Sequence record: JAHBMJ010000146.1
Reading direction: 5' to 3' (one strand)
Length of the DNA: 32,000 bases
Shown here: positions 27,834 to 32,000 of the stretch, piece after piece
How the letters are laid out: each line of letters starts with the position of its first letter
Numbering within the stretch: position 1 is the first letter of the stretch
Made by a program: the position numbers and the translations under genes
Notes under the pieces: model-generated
Told to the model about the DNA's origin: nothing
The model's input: only the letters and a program-made list of their open reading frames with translations
The model's database searches: none

Positions 27834-29075
27834 ATGACGGGCGGCCATCCGGCCATCGACAAGGGGCGCCTTGCGCGCCTGCTCGACGCGATCAACGGCT
27901 TCGGCCGCGATCCGGCGACGGGCGGGTTCAACCGGATCGGCTATTCGGACGCGGACATGGCGGTGCGGCGCTGGTTCGCCGAGGCGATGACCGGGCACGG
28001 GCTCGATGTGCGCACCGATGCGGTCGGGAACGTGTTCGGCCGGTTCGGGCTGTCAAAGGGGCCGTGCGTCATGGCCGGATCGCATCTGGACACCGTGCCG
28101 GACGGCGGCGCGTTCGACGGGGCGCTCGGGGTCGCGGTGGCGCTCGAATGCGTGCTGGCGATGAAGGATGCCGGGCTGACGCCGCGAACGGCGATCGAGG
28201 TGGTCGCCACGGCCGAGGAGGAGGGACGGTTCGGCGGCATGCTCGGCTCGCAGGCGATCGCCGGCGTCGTCGATCCGGACTGGCTGGATGCCGCCACCGA
28301 CAATGACGGCATCCGGCTCGTCGACGCGATGGCGGCGCAGGGCCTCGATCCGACGCGGGTGAGCGAGGCGGCATGGCGGCCGGGCGCCGTCGCTGCGTTC
28401 CTCGAACTGCACATCGAGCAGGGTCCGGTGCTGGAAGGCGCCGGCGTGCCTGTCGGCATCACCTCGGCGGTGTCGGGCGTCTGCAATCTGGAGATCACGT
28501 TCGAAGGCCAGGCCAACCATTCGGGCACCACGCCGATGAACATGCGCGCTGACGCGTTCGCCGGGCTGGCCGAGGTCGGCGCGGCGGTGCCACAGCTTAT
28601 CGCCGCTCACGGCACCGACCAGAGCCGCGTGACGATCGGCAAGGTCGAACTCTCGCCCAACCATGCGCACACGATCGCCGGCCGGGCGGTGTTCTCGGTG
28701 ATCATCCGCGACACCGACGAAACGGTGATGGTCGCCCTGCGCGACCGGTTCCTTTCGATCGTCGCCGAGACGGCCGGCCGGCACGGCCTTTCGTTCGCTC
28801 ATGACGAGAAGAGCTGGCTGGCGCCTGTCGAACTTGACGGGGGGCTGCGCGACCTTCTGGCCGGTCAGGCCGCAGCGCTCGGCCTGCCGGCGCTCGAGAT
28901 GCCGTCGGGGGCGGGCCATGACGCGCAGACCATGCAGGCGCTGTGTCCGTCGGCGCTGGTGTTCGTGCCGAGCCGGGGCGGGGTCAGCCACGCGCCGGAC
29001 GAATGGACCGAGTGGGCCGACATCGAAAAGGGCGCGGCGCTGATGCTTGCCGCGCTCGTGCAATTGGCAGGCTAG
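27834..29075 (+). CDS. M20-family Zn-dependent amidohydrolase (allantoate amidohydrolase / N-carbamoyl-L-amino-acid hydrolase subfamily)
   Basis: 413 aa with subfamily blocks (GGFNRIGYSDADMAVRRWF, D..GNVFGRF, GSHLDTVPDGGAFDGALGV, EEEGRFGG, GAGHDAQ). The substrate cannot be called from sequence. Confidence 0.87.
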   Translation: MTGGHPAIDKGRLARLLDAINGFGRDPATGGFNRIGYSDADMAVRRWFAEAMTGHGLDVRTDAVGNVFGRFGLSKGPCVMAGSHLDTVPDGGAFDGALGVAVALECVLAMKDAGLTPRTAIEVVATAEEEGRFGGMLGSQAIAGVVDPDWLDAATDNDGIRLVDAMAAQGLDPTRVSEAAWRPGAVAAFLELHIEQGPVLEGAGVPVGITSAVSGVCNLEITFEGQANHSGTTPMNMRADAFAGLAEVGAAVPQLIAAHGTDQSRVTIGKVELSPNHAHTIAGRAVFSVIIRDTDETVMVALRDRFLSIVAETAGRHGLSFAHDEKSWLAPVELDGGLRDLLAGQAAALGLPALEMPSGAGHDAQTMQALCPSALVFVPSRGGVSHAPDEWTEWADIEKGAALMLAALVQLAG

Positions 29076-29100
29076 AGTATCCTCCTGGTCTCGCCGCCGC

Positions 29101-30276
29101 TCAGTGGTGCTGCTGCTCCTCGAGTTCGTCATCCTCGATGTCCGGCGACAGGTCCTGCGCGGCTTCGGCCAGCGGCTGGCGGGTGAAGCCCTTCACATCG
29201 CCGCTCTCGGCGAAGTCGCGCTTGATGTTGACCGGGCTGGTCGCATAGGCGGTGATCAGTTCGGCGAGCGATCGCAACGCATGGGTGTGGATGCGCTCAT
29301 AGCCGTGGCTGGCATCGACGCCGAAGGTGATCAGCGCGGTGCGCACATCGTGCCCGGCTTCGATGGCGCTGGCCGAGTCCGAGCGGTAATAACGGAAGAC
29401 ATCCTTCTGGTAGCGGATGTCGTTCTCCCCACACAGGTCGACCAGCTTCTTGGTCAGGTGGAAGTCGAACGGGCCGGTCTGGTCGGCCATGCCGACGGTC
29501 ACACCGAACTCGTCCGAGTTCTGGCCCGGCGCGGTGGTGCCGTTGTCGACGGTGACCATGGAGGCGACATTGTGCGTCAGGATCGACGAGGCGCCCACGC
29601 CCACCTCCTCGGCGATCGTGAACAGCCAGTGGATGTCGACCGGCGTCTCGACGCCGTCGTCCTGCATCGCCTTGAGCGCGGCGAGCATGACGGCGACGCC
29701 GGCCTTGTTGTCGAGGTGGCGCGAGATGATGAAGCCGTTGTCGAGGAATTCGGGCTGCGGGTCGATCGCCACGATGTCGCCGATCCCGACGCCGAGCCGC
29801 TCGATGTCCTCGCGATTGCGGGCGAGCGCGTCGATGCGGAACTCGACATAGGGCCAGCCCACCGGCAGGCTGTCGACCTCGTCGTTGAAGGTGTGGCCGG
29901 ATGCCTTCAGCGGCAGGATGGTGCCGCGATAGGCGCCGTCGCCGGCGAAGACGGTCGCCCGCGCGCCCTCGGCGAAGCGCGCCGACCAGTGGCCGATCGG
30001 GACCAGTTCGAGCCGGCCGTCGTCCTTGATCATCTTGACCTGGGCGCCGAGCGTGTCGAGGTGGGAGACGATGGCACGGGCGCCGCGTTCCTCGACACCG
30101 GGCCGGATGGCGCGGATCGCGCCGCGCCGCGTCAGTTCGACCGCAAGGCCGAACTTGCCCAGTTCGCCCGACACGTATCGGACGATCATGTCGGTGTAGC
30201 CGGTGGGACTGGGTATGGCGAGCAACGCCCTGAGGATCTCGAGCAGATAGTCGTGATCGATATGCAGGCGTGTCAT
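29101..30276 (-). CDS. M42-family peptidase of the NAGGN osmoprotectant cluster type
   Basis: 391 aa with an M42/FrvX-like fold (IVSHLDTLG, SRHLDNKAG, IAEEVG, DASHGYE). It lies immediately downstream of ngg with a 1-nt overlap (TGATG), matching the known asnO-ngg-M42 trio arrangement. A C-terminal acidic extension (DIEDDELEEQQHH) is present. Confidence 0.82.
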   Translation of the reverse strand: MTRLHIDHDYLLEILRALLAIPSPTGYTDMIVRYVSGELGKFGLAVELTRRGAIRAIRPGVEERGARAIVSHLDTLGAQVKMIKDDGRLELVPIGHWSARFAEGARATVFAGDGAYRGTILPLKASGHTFNDEVDSLPVGWPYVEFRIDALARNREDIERLGVGIGDIVAIDPQPEFLDNGFIISRHLDNKAGVAVMLAALKAMQDDGVETPVDIHWLFTIAEEVGVGASSILTHNVASMVTVDNGTTAPGQNSDEFGVTVGMADQTGPFDFHLTKKLVDLCGENDIRYQKDVFRYYRSDSASAIEAGHDVRTALITFGVDASHGYERIHTHALRSLAELITAYATSPVNIKRDFAESGDVKGFTRQPLAEAAQDLSPDIEDDELEEQQHH

Positions 30277-31961
30277 CAGCCTCTCTCCCCCGATTGTCTT
30301 ACCGATTGGCGAACGGCCTGAGGTACCGACAGGGGGAAGAGCAAGTCAACAAAGCGTTCGGCCGTCGGCTGGGGTTCGTGGTTGGCGAGCCCCGGCCGTT
30401 CGTTGGCCTCGATGAAGGCATAGTCGGCCGATCGCGGTGATTTCACCATCAGGTCGATCCCGGTGACCGGAATGTCGATGGCGCGCGCGGCCTTGATGGC
30501 GGCGTCGACGAGGGCCGGGTTCACGATGTCGGTGACGTCGTGGATCGTCCCGCCCGTGTGCAGGTTGGCCGTCTTGCGCACGGCGATCGAGGTCTCGGCG
30601 GGCGGCGTGTCGTCGAGGCCGTAGCCCGCCTCGGCGAGGGTGCGTTCGGTCTCCGCGTCGAGCGGAATGCGCGACTCGCCGCCGGTGGCGGCGGACCGGC
30701 GCCGGCTCTGGCGCTCGATCAGTTCGCGCACCGTGCGCGTTCCGTCGCCGACGATCACCGGCGGGCGGCGCACGGCGGCGGCGACGACGCGGAAATTGAT
30801 GACGATCAGGCGCAGATCCTCACCCTCGATGTATTCCTCCAGAAGCACCACGTCGGAGACGGTTCGCGCCGCCTTTATCGCCGCATCGACATCGTCGTTC
30901 GCCGAAAGCCCGACCGAGATGCCGCGCCCCTGTTCGCCGCGCGCAGGCTTGACGACGACGCGCCCGGCGCGGGCGACGAATTCGGCGATCTCGTCGGGAC
31001 TGGCGTCGGCGGAAAGCTGTTCGGGCACGCGCACGCCCGCCGCGCTGACGATGCGGCGCGTCACCGTCTTGTCGTCGCAGATCGACATGGCCACGGCCGT
31101 CGTCAGTTCGGACAGGCTTTCGCGGCACAGGATCGACCGGCCGCCATGGGTCAGCCGGAAGAAGCCCCCCTCGGCGTCGACCACCTCGACGTGGATGCCT
31201 CGCCGGCGCGCCTCGTGCGTGATGATCCGCGCATAGGGGTTGAGCGCCTCGTCGGGCTCGGGACCGGTGAACAGCGTCTCGTTGATCGGGTTCTTGCGCT
31301 TGACCGAAAAGAAGGCGACGCGCTCGAAGCCGAGCTTCTCGTAGAGCGCGATGGCCTGGTCGTTGTCGTGCAGCACCGAAAGGTCGAGAAAGGCGGCGCC
31401 GCGCGTGGCGAAATATTCGGCCAGCCGGCGCACCAGCGTCTCGCCGATGCCCGGATGGCGCGCGGCCGGATCGACGGCGAGGCACCACAGCGACGAACCC
31501 TTTTCAAGATCGCCGAACGCGTGGCCGTGATCGACGCCGGTGACAGTGCCGATCACCTCGCCGGTCTCGTTGTCCTCGGCGACGAAATAGGTGATCGCGC
31601 GGGCGTCGCGCTGCGACCAGAAGAACTCGGGCGGCACGGGCACCATGGATCGGGCCGCATAGATGCGGTTGATCGCCTCGGCGTCCGCCTGCGAGGTCAG
31701 CCGCCGGATGAAATAGCCCGTCGGGCCGCGACGCGACGGACGGTAGCGCGACAGGTCGAGCCGGTAGGTGTGCGAGGGATCGAGGAACAGTTCCTGCGGG
31801 GCGTTGGCCAGCAGCACGTGCGGGTTACGGACATAGATGGCGATGTCGCGCTGGTCGGGCTGTTCGCCGCGCAGGGCGGCGATCAGCGGCTGGGCGGCCT
31901 CGAAAGTCTGGGCGAAGACCAGCCGGCCCCAGCCGCAGTCGAGCGCGTACTCGGACTTCAT
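30276..31961 (-). CDS. ngg: N-acetylglutaminylglutamine synthetase (GNAT acetyltransferase fused to an ATP-grasp ligase)
   Basis: 561 aa. The central GNAT domain reads LWCLAVDPAARHPGIGETLVRRLAEYFATRGAAFLDLSVLHDNDQAIALYEKLGFE. It is followed by a RimK/cyanophycin-synthetase-like ATP-grasp domain (VVVKPARGEQGRGISVGL, LLEEYIEGEDLRLIVI, ANLHTGGT, FIEANERPGL). This domain architecture and the M42 neighbour fit Ngg as described in Sinorhizobium and Pseudomonas. Confidence 0.87.
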   Translation of the reverse strand: MKSEYALDCGWGRLVFAQTFEAAQPLIAALRGEQPDQRDIAIYVRNPHVLLANAPQELFLDPSHTYRLDLSRYRPSRRGPTGYFIRRLTSQADAEAINRIYAARSMVPVPPEFFWSQRDARAITYFVAEDNETGEVIGTVTGVDHGHAFGDLEKGSSLWCLAVDPAARHPGIGETLVRRLAEYFATRGAAFLDLSVLHDNDQAIALYEKLGFERVAFFSVKRKNPINETLFTGPEPDEALNPYARIITHEARRRGIHVEVVDAEGGFFRLTHGGRSILCRESLSELTTAVAMSICDDKTVTRRIVSAAGVRVPEQLSADASPDEIAEFVARAGRVVVKPARGEQGRGISVGLSANDDVDAAIKAARTVSDVVLLEEYIEGEDLRLIVINFRVVAAAVRRPPVIVGDGTRTVRELIERQSRRRSAATGGESRIPLDAETERTLAEAGYGLDDTPPAETSIAVRKTANLHTGGTIHDVTDIVNPALVDAAIKAARAIDIPVTGIDLMVKSPRSADYAFIEANERPGLANHEPQPTAERFVDLLFPLSVPQAVRQSVRQSGERG

Positions 31962-32000
31962 CCGGTCGGTCTCGTCACCGTGCGGGGCGATGGGCGGTTT

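Overview
High-GC (about 65% by hand count) chromosomal segment, most likely from an alphaproteobacterium of the Hyphomicrobiales/Rhizobiales type. The DnaK and RpsA sequences and the gene order TIGR02300 / aroA-like / cmk / rpsA fit that assignment. Most of the window is housekeeping or ordinary metabolic genes: a DMT transporter, dnaK, an exported msrB, a Tat-exported PhoX phosphatase, argB, an MscS-family channel, an aldehyde dehydrogenase, phnM-phnN, a TPP enzyme, tRNA-Ala(GGC), cmk, rpsA, a HAD hydrolase and a small RNase D-like exonuclease. The right third (20.4-32 kb) is more accessory. It holds a six-gene, translationally coupled peptide-type ABC importer operon that also encodes a GntR regulator and an acetamidase/formamidase. 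An M20 amidohydrolase is transcribed divergently from it. Next comes the known NAGGN osmoprotectant cluster (ngg plus M42 peptidase), with asnO expected just beyond the window edge. I found no CRISPR array, IS element, integrase or recognisable defence system, and no convincing entirely new multi-gene system. Four things deserve a second look: (1) a roughly 50% GC orphan four-TM gene at the position after dnaK where dnaJ normally sits; (2) a half-length, apparently catalytically degenerate EPSP-synthase (AroA) domain translationally coupled to cmk; (3) the importer/GntR/amidase/M20 locus next to the NAGGN genes, which may be a peptide-amide (possibly NAGGN) salvage module; (4) a phnM-phnN pair detached from the C-P lyase core. 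The many long ORFs antisense to real genes are high-GC artefacts. All calls come from reading the translations, remembered family motifs and hand inspection of the DNA. No database search was possible.
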